From positions 2,262 through 41,390 of the forward strand of contig PMKG01000469.1 of the NCBI GenBank assembly GCA_003157675.1: a stretch of 39,129 nt of DNA. Reading direction: 5' to 3'. Below are positions 1 through 7,962 of this stretch, piece after piece. Under the pieces are notes generated by a model. That model was not told the DNA's origin, searched no databases, and worked only from the letters and a program-made list of their open reading frames with translations. Origin of the DNA: Acidobacteriota bacterium. GTDB lineage: Bacteria; Acidobacteriota; Vicinamibacteria; Vicinamibacterales; Fen-181. Made by a program: the position numbers and the translations under genes. The stretch's first letter is position 1; every line of letters begins with the position of its first letter.

Positions 1-1410
1 GATGGCCTCGTCGGCCCGGCCTTGTGCCGCCAGCCGGCCCGCCTCGAAATAGCGGTTGGCCACTGGCGCGAGATCCTTGGGGTCCGGCAGTTGACCGCCG
101 GGAACGTCCGGCGCCGCGTCCGGCAGGCCCGTCACGCGGCCCAGGGCCTCCAGCCGCTCCCGACCCGGCTCCGGCACGGGCGCCGGGACAGGCACCGGTG
201 TGTTCCCGACGAGCGCCTCGAGCGCCGCCCGCATCTCCTCCGCCGTCTTCGGATCGCTCGCGGCCAGGTTCACGCGTTCCTTCGGATCCTGCGCCAGGTC
301 GTACAATTCTGGGCGCGCCGAATTGATGTAGCGATACCGCCGCGTGGTCAGCGACGTGACCTCGCTCCAGCCGAAGAGAAACCGTGGCGCGAACGACTCG
401 GCGTACAGCTGCCGGTCGGGGAGGATCGCCGAGGGCGAGTCGAGCACGTGACGAAGCGTTCGCCCGCCGATCTTCGAGGGTCTCGGCGCGCCGACCAGGT
501 CGAGCACCGTCGGGGCGACGTCGATCTGCTCGACGAGCGCGTCCGAGTGACGGCCGCCACCGTCCCGGCGCGGGAGCTTGACGATGAGCGGCGTCCGGAT
601 GGCCTGCTCGTACAGGAACAGGCCGTGCCCCTGCTCGCCGTGATCGCCGAGGCCGTCGCCGTGGTCGGCCGTGAGGATCACGACGCCGCCGGTGTAGAGC
701 CCGCGCTTCTTCAGAAACGCGACCAGCTGTCCGACCAGGCCGTCCGCGTAAGCGACGCGCGCGTCGTAGGGGGACAGGCGCTTCGATCCTCCGGGCGCCC
801 CGGTCGCCGCCGCGGGCTCGTCGATCTGCAGGAACAGGAAGAAACGCGACGTGCCGATCGACTCGATCCAGTGCTCGGCCACCTGGAGCGACTTCGCGCC
901 GTCCCTCGCGCACGGCGCCGCCTCGTCCGCCGTGCCGGCGTCGCCCGTCCCGTCGTCGAAGAAGCCGAACGCCGCCCCGAGTCCCGTGCTGCTCCGAAGC
1001 AAACAGCTCGATACCACGCCGCCGGTCTTGAAGCCGCGCCGGTGCAGCCACTGGGGCAGCAGCGCCACGCCGGCCGGGACGGGAAACCCGGCGTCGTCAC
1101 GGACGCCGCTCTGAAACGGCAGGAGGCCGGCCAGCAGCGACACGTTCGAGGGGAGCGTGAGCGGCGAATGCGCGTAAGCTCGGTCGAAGATGACCGAGTC
1201 GGCCGCCAGCGCGTCGATGGCCGGCGTGCGGACCCGCTGGTAGCCGTAGACCGGCAGATGGTCGGCCCGCAGCGATTCAATCGAGACCAGGATGACCGGG
1301 CCGTAGGCCGGGCCGGACTCGCGGGCGTAGAACCACCCGGCGAGGGCGGCGGCCAGCACCGCGATCCAGATCAGGCCGACGACGAAGCGGTAGCGCCACC
1401 GGGAAGTCAT
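1..1410 (-). CDS. Sulfatase-like (alkaline-phosphatase superfamily) hydrolase/transferase with an N-terminal TM anchor. The 3' end runs off the window.
   Basis: Absent from the ORF track because there is no stop in the window. The minus strand from ATG 1410..1408 stays open to position 1 (470 codons). It reads MTSRWRYRFVVGLIWIAVLAAALAGWFY...VILVSIESLRADHLPVYGY...AYAHSPLTLPSNVSLLAGLLP...ILTADHGDGLGDHGEQGHG. These are the metal-ligand, nucleophile and DHG motifs of the sulfatase fold. The listed 22..1467(+) ORF is its Arg-rich antisense shadow. Confidence 0.8.
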   Translation of the reverse strand, partial: MTSRWRYRFVVGLIWIAVLAAALAGWFYARESGPAYGPVILVSIESLRADHLPVYGYQRVRTPAIDALAADSVIFDRAYAHSPLTLPSNVSLLAGLLPFQSGVRDDAGFPVPAGVALLPQWLHRRGFKTGGVVSSCLLRSSTGLGAAFGFFDDGTGDAGTADEAAPCARDGAKSLQVAEHWIESIGTSRFFLFLQIDEPAAATGAPGGSKRLSPYDARVAYADGLVGQLVAFLKKRGLYTGGVVILTADHGDGLGDHGEQGHGLFLYEQAIRTPLIVKLPRRDGGGRHSDALVEQIDVAPTVLDLVGAPRPSKIGGRTLRHVLDSPSAILPDRQLYAESFAPRFLFGWSEVTSLTTRRYRYINSARPELYDLAQDPKERVNLAASDPKTAEEMRAALEALVGNTPVPVPAPVPEPGRERLEALGRVTGLPDAAPDVPGGQLPDPKDLAPVANRYFEAGRLAAQGRADEAI

Positions 1411-1492
1411 CTCAGGATGCGCCGCGAGAACCGGTCGCGCCGGCTCGCGCCGAATCCTCTATTATAGTGTCCGCCTCAAGAAGGAGTGAGCC

Positions 1493-3901
1493 GTGAAGCA
1501 TCGGCTGTGTCTCGCCCTCGTCCTGGCGGCGATCGTTCTCACCGGGTCCGCGCGGCCGGGCGCCCAGGCGCCGGCGCCGCCACCCGCGGCCGGCCTCGAC
1601 ACCGCCCGCCTCGCCCGCATCGCGGACCTCGCGAACGAGGCGATCGCGGCGAAACAGACGCCCGGCGCCGTCGTCCTCGTCGGGAGGGGCGACCACATCG
1701 CCTACCGCCAGGCGTTCGGCCATCGAGCGATCGAGCCGGTCGTCGAGACGATGACGACCGACACGATCTTCGACCTCGCCTCGCTGACCAAGGTCGTGGC
1801 CACGACGACGGCCGTGATGATGCTGGTCGAGGACGGGCGCATCCGGCTGAACGACCGCGTGGCGGCCTACATCAAGGGGTTCGAGCGCTACGGCAAGGGC
1901 GACATCACGATCCGGCACCTGATGACGCATGTGTCCGGTCTGAGGCCCGACCTCGACATGTCCCTGGAGTTCGCGAGCTACGACGAGGGGATCGCCAGGG
2001 CCATCGACGAGGTGCCCGACTCCCCCCCGGGCCAGCGCTTCGTCTACAGCGACATCAACTTCGTCCTGCTCGGCGAGATCGTCCATCGCGTGAGCGGGCA
2101 GATGCTCGACGAGTTCTGCCGGGCGCGTATCTTCGAGCCGCTCGGGATGCGCGACACGATGTTCAAGCCGCCCGCCGCGCTCCTGCCGCGCATCGCGCCG
2201 ACCGAGACGTGCACGCAGTACGGCTGGCCGTGCGACCAGCCGGGCGGCGCCATCCTCCGAGGCGTCGTTCACGACCCGACCGCCCGGCGGATGCTGGGCG
2301 TGGCCGGGCACGCCGGGCTCTTCAGCACGGCGGCCGACCTCGGCGTCTTCTGTCGCATGCTGCTCGGCGGCGGGCGCGTGGGGAACGTGCGCATCCTCTC
2401 GCCGCTGACGGTGGCGAAGATGACCAGTCCGATCGCCCTCCCCGGCGGCCAGGTGCGCGGCCTCGGTTGGGACATCGACTCGTCCTACTCGTCCAACCGT
2501 GGCGAGCTGCTGCCGCTCGGTTCGTTCGGCCACACCGGCTTCACCGGTACGTCGATCTGGATCGACCCGCTGACGAAGACCTGGATCGTGTTCCTCTCGA
2601 ACCGCGTCCACCCGGACGGCAAGGGGGACGTGACGCCGCTGCGCGCGAAGATCGCCACCGTGGTCGGCTCGGCCATCCTCGACCCGCCGGCCGACGCGCT
2701 CAGGACCGCGCGCCTGACGGGCGGCGACTTCGGGGCATCGGGCGCCGCGCCCCGCGCGGCGGAGGCGGCCGCGCCGGTGCTGAACGGCATCGACGTGCTG
2801 AAGGCGGAAGGCTTCAAGTCGCTGCAGGGGCGGAAGGTCGGCCTCCTGACCAACCATACCGGCATCGCCCTGACCGGCGAATCGACCATCGACCTGCTCG
2901 CTCACGCCCCGGGCGTGAAGCTGGTGGCGCTGCTCAGCCCGGAGCACGGCATCCGCGGCGACGTGGACGAGTCGGTCCCCCAGTCGCGCGACGAGAAGAC
3001 GGGGCTGCCCGTCTACTCGCTCTACGGCGCGACGAATCGGCCCACCGACGAGATGCTGGCCGGCATCGACACGATCGTCTTCGACATCCAGGACGTCGGC
3101 GTCCGCTTCTACACCTACGAGACGACGATGGCCTACGTGATGGAGGAGGCGGCGAAGCGCAAGATCAAGATGGTCGTGCTCGACCGCGTGAACCCGATCG
3201 ACGGCTTCACCGTCGAGGGGCCGACGCTCGAGAAGACGCGACTCTCCTTCGTGGGCTACTTCCCGCTGCCGATCCGCCACGGCCTGACGATGGGCGAGCT
3301 GGCGAGGCTGTTCAACGCCGAGAACAGGATCGGCGCCGACTTGGCGGTGGTGCCGGTCAAGGGATGGAAGCGCGACCAGTGGTTCGACGAGACGGGCCTG
3401 CAGTGGGTCAACCCGTCACCCAACATGCGCAACATGAACGCGGCGGCGCTCTATCCCGGCGTGGCCGTCATCGAAGGGACCAACGTGTCGGTCGGCCGAG
3501 GCACCGACTCGCCGTTCGAGCAGTTCGGCGCGCCGTGGCTCGACGGCCCGAGACTGGCCTCGACGCTCAACGCGCGGCGCCTGCCGGGCGTCCGCTTCTA
3601 CCCGACGTCGTTCACGCCGGCGGCGGGCACCTTCAAAGGGGAGCGGTGCGGCGGCGTGTTCATCATCGTGACCGACCGTGAGGCGCTCCCGACGGCGAGG
3701 CTCGGCGTGGAGATCGCGTCGGCTCTCTACCGGCAGCACGGGGCGACGTGGCAGATCGACAGGATGCTGCCGCTTCTCGGATCGGCGAAGGCGCTCGAGC
3801 AGGTCAAGGCGCTCGAAGATCCCGCGTGCATCGCGGCCTCGTTTGCCCAGGACGAAGGACGATTTCGCCTGTTACGCGCGAAATACCTGATCTACAACTA
3901 G
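1493..3901 (+). CDS. Secreted fusion protein: N-terminal beta-lactamase-fold serine hydrolase plus C-terminal DUF1343/NamZ-type (exo-beta-N-acetylmuramidase family) domain
   Basis: GTG 1493 is preceded by AAGGAG (1481-1486). The signal peptide is MKHRLCLALVLAAIVLTGSARPGAQA. The S-x-x-K motif is FDLASLTKVV. From about aa 425 the sequence reads NGIDVLKAEGFKSLQGRKVGLLTNHTGI...LLSPEHGIRGD...VFDIQDVGVRFYTY, which is typical of DUF1343. Confidence 0.8.
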   Translation: MKHRLCLALVLAAIVLTGSARPGAQAPAPPPAAGLDTARLARIADLANEAIAAKQTPGAVVLVGRGDHIAYRQAFGHRAIEPVVETMTTDTIFDLASLTKVVATTTAVMMLVEDGRIRLNDRVAAYIKGFERYGKGDITIRHLMTHVSGLRPDLDMSLEFASYDEGIARAIDEVPDSPPGQRFVYSDINFVLLGEIVHRVSGQMLDEFCRARIFEPLGMRDTMFKPPAALLPRIAPTETCTQYGWPCDQPGGAILRGVVHDPTARRMLGVAGHAGLFSTAADLGVFCRMLLGGGRVGNVRILSPLTVAKMTSPIALPGGQVRGLGWDIDSSYSSNRGELLPLGSFGHTGFTGTSIWIDPLTKTWIVFLSNRVHPDGKGDVTPLRAKIATVVGSAILDPPADALRTARLTGGDFGASGAAPRAAEAAAPVLNGIDVLKAEGFKSLQGRKVGLLTNHTGIALTGESTIDLLAHAPGVKLVALLSPEHGIRGDVDESVPQSRDEKTGLPVYSLYGATNRPTDEMLAGIDTIVFDIQDVGVRFYTYETTMAYVMEEAAKRKIKMVVLDRVNPIDGFTVEGPTLEKTRLSFVGYFPLPIRHGLTMGELARLFNAENRIGADLAVVPVKGWKRDQWFDETGLQWVNPSPNMRNMNAAALYPGVAVIEGTNVSVGRGTDSPFEQFGAPWLDGPRLASTLNARRLPGVRFYPTSFTPAAGTFKGERCGGVFIIVTDREALPTARLGVEIASALYRQHGATWQIDRMLPLLGSAKALEQVKALEDPACIAASFAQDEGRFRLLRAKYLIYN

Positions 3902-3904
3902 ACC

Positions 3905-5560
3905 ATGAAGAGAATCCTCTGCACGTTCGTCACGAGCGTCATCGTCGTCGTCGGATTCGTCGCGCTCGAGGGCCGCCAGGCCAAACGGCCGGACGAAGCG
4001 GCCATCGACAAGGTCTTCGCCAGGTGGTCCACGGCTTCGCCGGGATGCGCCGTGGGCGTGTCGGAAGGCGGCAAGGTCGTCCTCCGAAAAGCCTACGGGA
4101 TGGCCGATCTCGAGCACGACGTGCCGAACTCGCCCGACACGATCTTCGAGGCCGGCTCGGTGTCGAAGCAGTTCACCGCCGCGGCCGTCCTGCTCCTCGC
4201 GGGCGAAGGCAAGCTGTCGCTCGACGACCCGGTCAGGAAGTACATCCCCGAGCTGCCCGACTACGGCAAGCCGCTGCTCATCCGACACATGCTGCAGCAC
4301 ACGAGCGGCCTGCGCGATTGGGGCGAGGTCGAGGGCGTCGCCGGCTGGCCCCGCACCACCCGCGTCTACACCCACGCCCGCGTCCTCGACATCGTCTCGC
4401 GGCAGAAAGCACTCAACTTCGAGCCGGGGACCAACTGGTCTTACAGCAATACCGGATACAACCTGGCCGCCATCATCGTGTCAAGGGTGAGCGGCCAGAG
4501 CTTCGCCGAGTTCTGCCGGCTCCGGATCTTCGAGCCGCTCGGCATGACGCACACCTCGTGGCGCGATGACTTCCGGCGGATCGTCAGGGGCCGGGCCATC
4601 GCGTACGAGGCGGTGAAGAACGGCTACGAGCAGGACATGCCGTTCGAGAACGTGTATGGCAACGGCGGCCTGCTGACGACGGTCGGCGACCTGCTGAAGT
4701 GGAACGAGAACGCCGTGGACCAGAAGGTGGGCGACGCGGAGTTCCTGCGCGTGGAGGTCGCCCCCGGGCGCTTCAGCAACGGCAAGCCGCACAACTACGC
4801 GATGGGGCTGTTCATCGGGACCTTCGCCGGCCTGCCCGAGGTGTACCACAGCGGATCGACGGCCGGCTACCGCGCCTTCCTCACGCGGTTCCCGAAGCAG
4901 CACCTATCGGTGGCCGTGCTGTGCAACGCGTCGAACGGGACGGCCGAGCGGGACGCGCACACGGTGGCGGAGATGTACCTGGCGGACGCAGTCAACGCCC
5001 CGCATGGAATGATGGACCTGGGCCACGACGACATCCTGGTGCCGTCGCTCTCGTCGTTCGTTGGCCTCTATCGCAACACGGTTACTGGCGTTCCCCTATC
5101 TCTCGTGACAGGTAAGGCCGAGCTTCTGATCGAGGGCGCCAGCAATCCGTCGAACATCGTCCTATTCCAGCACGACTCCGCGTTCCAGTCGTTCGACGGA
5201 ACCCGGACCTTCCACTTCGACGGCAAGGGCGGTCTCCACATCGCCAATGCGAACGGCATGTCGGAGACCTACCAGCGGGTCGACCCCTGGAAGCCGGTCG
5301 CCGGGCAGCTGAATGCGTTCGCCGGCAGGTACACCAGCGACGAAGCGGAGACGGAACTGAAGGTCGTGGCCTCCGGCCCGGATTTGAAGATCACGCGGCG
5401 CCCGGACACGACGCTGACGCTCAGGCCGGTCTACAAGGACGCGTTCCAGGCGGAGGGTCTCGGCCTCGTCCGCTTCCGCCGCGACACGTCGGGACGGGTC
5501 ATCGGCTTCAGCGTGACGATGGACAGGGTGTGGGACTTGCGGTTCGACAGGAAGCAGTGA
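3905..5560 (+). CDS. Secreted beta-lactamase-family serine hydrolase
   Basis: ATG 3905 lies 3 nt after the upstream stop. The N-terminus is hydrophobic. The S-x-x-K motif is FEAGSVSKQFTA and the Y-x-N motif is WSYSNTGYN. The C-terminal roughly 180 aa are an extra domain of unknown type. Confidence 0.8.
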   Translation: MKRILCTFVTSVIVVVGFVALEGRQAKRPDEAAIDKVFARWSTASPGCAVGVSEGGKVVLRKAYGMADLEHDVPNSPDTIFEAGSVSKQFTAAAVLLLAGEGKLSLDDPVRKYIPELPDYGKPLLIRHMLQHTSGLRDWGEVEGVAGWPRTTRVYTHARVLDIVSRQKALNFEPGTNWSYSNTGYNLAAIIVSRVSGQSFAEFCRLRIFEPLGMTHTSWRDDFRRIVRGRAIAYEAVKNGYEQDMPFENVYGNGGLLTTVGDLLKWNENAVDQKVGDAEFLRVEVAPGRFSNGKPHNYAMGLFIGTFAGLPEVYHSGSTAGYRAFLTRFPKQHLSVAVLCNASNGTAERDAHTVAEMYLADAVNAPHGMMDLGHDDILVPSLSSFVGLYRNTVTGVPLSLVTGKAELLIEGASNPSNIVLFQHDSAFQSFDGTRTFHFDGKGGLHIANANGMSETYQRVDPWKPVAGQLNAFAGRYTSDEAETELKVVASGPDLKITRRPDTTLTLRPVYKDAFQAEGLGLVRFRRDTSGRVIGFSVTMDRVWDLRFDRKQ

Positions 5561-5602
5561 CGGCCGGCCTGCGGCTCGTGGCTTGCGGCTTACGGCGATC
5601 AG

Positions 5603-5660
5603 TACGTAGGGCGGGGCTTCAGCCCCGCCAGCAAGCCGGGCCTGAAGGCCCGGCCTACGT
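5603..5660. repeat. Tail-to-tail pair of the 25-nt GTAGGGCG-hairpin repeat, nested inside a larger imperfect palindrome (about 5568-5712)
   Basis: GTAGGGCGGGGCTTCAGCCCCGCC (5606-5629) is followed by the reverse complement of GTAGGCCGGGCCTTCAGGCCCGGC (5635-5658). The outer arms are ACGTAGG/CCTACGT. The pair lies between convergent gene ends. Confidence 0.8.
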
Positions 5661-5719
5661 TCGGACGTGCCTCGGCGTGACACCGCCGCAAGCCGTCAGT
5701 CGCGAGCCGCAAGTCGGCG

Positions 5720-6127
5720 TCAGAGCCGGTAGAGCATCACGTAGACCACCACCCCCGTCACCGACACGTAAATCCACAGCGGCAAGGTTCGGCGCGCCAG
5801 GCGGGCGTGGGCGGGGAAGCGGCCGCCGAGCGCCCGCGCCAGCGTCACGAGCGCCATCGGCAGGATGACGATCGCCAGGATCACGTGCGAGACCAGGATC
5901 GGGTAGTAGACCACCGGCGCCGAGCCGTAGTACGGGCGGTGGCCTCCGATCGCGTGGTAGACGGTGTAAGACGCGAGGAACAGCATGGAGGTGACCCACG
6001 CCGAGAGCATCGCCGCGCGGTGCCAGGCGATCCGGCGCTTCCGGATCATCGCGTAGCCGGTCGCGAGCAGCACGGCCGAGATCCCGTTGAGGGTCGCGTT
6101 GAGAGTCGGAAGGTCGGCAACCGTCAC
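5720..6127 (-). CDS. DUF420 family membrane protein (CtaM-like, usually linked to heme-copper oxidase genes)
   Basis: The sequence VADLPTLNATLNGISAVLLATGYAMIRKRRIAWHRAAML plus 4 TM segments is typical of DUF420. I prefer GTG 6127, which has GGGAGA 6 nt upstream. The track start at 6145 is a TTG lying inside a repeat element. Confidence 0.7.
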   Translation of the reverse strand: MTVADLPTLNATLNGISAVLLATGYAMIRKRRIAWHRAAMLSAWVTSMLFLASYTVYHAIGGHRPYYGSAPVVYYPILVSHVILAIVILPMALVTLARALGGRFPAHARLARRTLPLWIYVSVTGVVVYVMLYRL

Positions 6128-6140
6128 GTCGTCTCTCCCA

Positions 6141-6198
6141 GGCAACCCTAAAGGGTCGCCCTACAAGACCGTGTGTAGGGCGGGTCTTTAGACCTGCC
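6141..6198. repeat. Head-to-head inverted pair of the 25-nt hairpin repeat
   Basis: GGCAACCCTAAAGGGTCGCCCTACA (6141-6165, reverse orientation), spacer AGACCGTG, then TGTAGGGCGGGTCTTTAGACCTGCC (6174-6198). Confidence 0.85.
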
Positions 6199-6210
6199 GA
6201 ACGCGCGCAC

Positions 6211-6984
6211 TCACCGCGTCCGGCGAACCGCGATCGTACCGGCCGCGGCCATCGCCACGCCGAACCCTACAACGACCGCGAGCGACACCGCGAACGACGG
6301 CTCGCCCGGCAGGGCCTGGTCGTAGAAGAACCACCGCAATCCCGACACGCCGTAGGTCATCGGGTTGACGAACATCAACCCGCGCACCCAGCCGGCCGCG
6401 CCCGCCGCGGGGAACAGCGCGCCCGAGAGGATCCACAGCGGGATGAGAAAGATGTTCATCACGGCGTGGAACCCCTGCGTGGAGTCCAGCCACCACGCCA
6501 CCAGGAAGCCGAGGCCGGCGAGGCCGAACGAGACGAGCGTCAGCATGCCGATGAGCGCCGGCACGTCCAGCAGATGGATCCGTACGTGCGCCAGCGGCGC
6601 CAGCAGCAGGAACACGGTTCCCTGCATCACCGCGATCGTCGTCGCGCCCGCGATCTTGCCGACCACGATCGCGGCGCGCGGAACGGGGGCCACCAGCACC
6701 CCCTGGAGAAACCCCTCCTGCCGGTCCTCGACGATCGAGATGGTCGCGAAGATTGCGGTGAACAGCACGATGAGCGCGAGCGTTCCCGGATAGAAGTACT
6801 CGAGGTACCCGCCCTGGAGCGCCATCTCCGGGCTGCCCTTGAACGACCGGTTGAGGCCGGATCCAATCAGGAACCAGAACACGAGCGGCGACCCGAGCGC
6901 GCCCACGATCCGGCTGCGCTGCCGGTGGAACCGCACGATCTCCCGGAGCCAGAGCGTGTAACACGCGAGAAGGACGCGCCTCAT
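6211..6984 (-). CDS. ABC-2 type transporter permease
   Basis: Six predicted TM segments; MRRVLLACYTLWLREIVRFHRQRSRIVGALGSPLVFWFLIGSG. ATG 6984 overlaps the stop of the upstream ATPase gene (ATGA). The 107 Arg-rich residues upstream in the track ORF overlap the ATPase gene and are rejected. Confidence 0.8.
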   Translation of the reverse strand: MRRVLLACYTLWLREIVRFHRQRSRIVGALGSPLVFWFLIGSGLNRSFKGSPEMALQGGYLEYFYPGTLALIVLFTAIFATISIVEDRQEGFLQGVLVAPVPRAAIVVGKIAGATTIAVMQGTVFLLLAPLAHVRIHLLDVPALIGMLTLVSFGLAGLGFLVAWWLDSTQGFHAVMNIFLIPLWILSGALFPAAGAAGWVRGLMFVNPMTYGVSGLRWFFYDQALPGEPSFAVSLAVVVGFGVAMAAAGTIAVRRTR

Positions 6985-7922
6985 ACGCCCTCCGCCAGCC
7001 GCCGTCCGGTGAAGTGCACGAAGACGTCCTCGAGCGTCGGCTTGCCGAACGTCACCGCGTCGATCTCGCCGGGGAAGCTCTCGACCAGCTCCGCGATGAA
7101 CTCGTGGGCCCGGTCCCGCTCGATGTGCACCTTGCCGTCGACGACCTCCGCGCGGACGCCGAAGCGCGCGGCCACGCGCCCGGCGAGATCCTGCGGGTCG
7201 CGCGTCGTCACCTGCACGACGTCGCCGCCGATCGCCGAGGTGAGCGTCGTCGGCGTGCCGAGGGCAACCAGCCGGCCGAGATCCAGGATGGCCACGCGGT
7301 CGCACGCCGCGGCTTCATCCATCAGGTGCGTCGTCAGGATGACGGACGTGCCTTCCTGCCGGCGAAGGGACGAGAGATCCTGCCAGATGTCGCGCCGTGC
7401 GGCCGGGTCGAGGCCCGTGCTCGGCTCGTCGAGCACAAGGAGCTCGGGCCGGTGCAGCAGCGCCTTGGCCACCTCGGCCCGTCGCTGGAGGCCTCCCGAC
7501 AGCGTGGCCACGAGATCGCGCCGCCGATCCTCGACCCGCACGCGCGCGAGCACCTCGCCGATCCGACCGGTGAGCGTCCGTCCGCTCAGTCCGTAGAGAT
7601 GCCCCTGGTGCCTGAGGTTCTCCTCGACCGTCAGCCTCCCGTCGAGCGCCGGGTGCTGAAAGACCACGCCCAGCCGGCGGCGCACCGCGGCCGGGTCGCG
7701 GACGACGTCGTCGCCGAACACGCGGACCGTGCCCTCGGTGGGGAAGAGCAGCGTCGAGACGATCTTGAAGAGCGTTGTCTTTCCGCCGCCGTTCGGGCCG
7801 AGCAGCCCGAAGATCTCGCCCGACGCGACGGCGAAACTCACGTCGTCGAGCGCCACGCGCTCGCCGTAGCGGTGGCGGAGATGGTCGACTTCGACGGCGG
7901 GGGAAGTCAGCGGCATAGACAC
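6981..7922 (-). CDS. ABC transporter ATP-binding protein (ABC-2 exporter type)
   Basis: Walker A is GPNGGGKTT, the signature is LSGGLQRR and Walker B is LLVLDEPSTGLD. The start is either GTG 7922 or ATG 7916; no clear SD precedes either. Confidence 0.85.
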   Translation of the reverse strand: MSMPLTSPAVEVDHLRHRYGERVALDDVSFAVASGEIFGLLGPNGGGKTTLFKIVSTLLFPTEGTVRVFGDDVVRDPAAVRRRLGVVFQHPALDGRLTVEENLRHQGHLYGLSGRTLTGRIGEVLARVRVEDRRRDLVATLSGGLQRRAEVAKALLHRPELLVLDEPSTGLDPAARRDIWQDLSSLRRQEGTSVILTTHLMDEAAACDRVAILDLGRLVALGTPTTLTSAIGGDVVQVTTRDPQDLAGRVAARFGVRAEVVDGKVHIERDRAHEFIAELVESFPGEIDAVTFGKPTLEDVFVHFTGRRLAEGV

Positions 7923-7962
7923 GGGACAGAGACTGGCTTTCGGCCTACGCCTTACGCCGGCA

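Noticed and set aside
22-1467. A 481-aa plus-strand ORF, with nested ORFs at 24..326, 384..581 and 851..1114.
   Set aside because: It is extremely Arg-rich and low-complexity and has no recognisable motifs. It lies antisense to a well-supported sulfatase-fold gene on the minus strand. This is a typical GC-rich shadow ORF.
1412-3681. Long ORFs at 1412..3280(-) and 1486..3681(+), which overlap the 1493..3901 gene.
   Set aside because: Their composition is Arg/Asp/Gly-rich shadow sequence. The +1493 frame carries the signal peptide, SxxK motif and DUF1343 motifs and explains the region.
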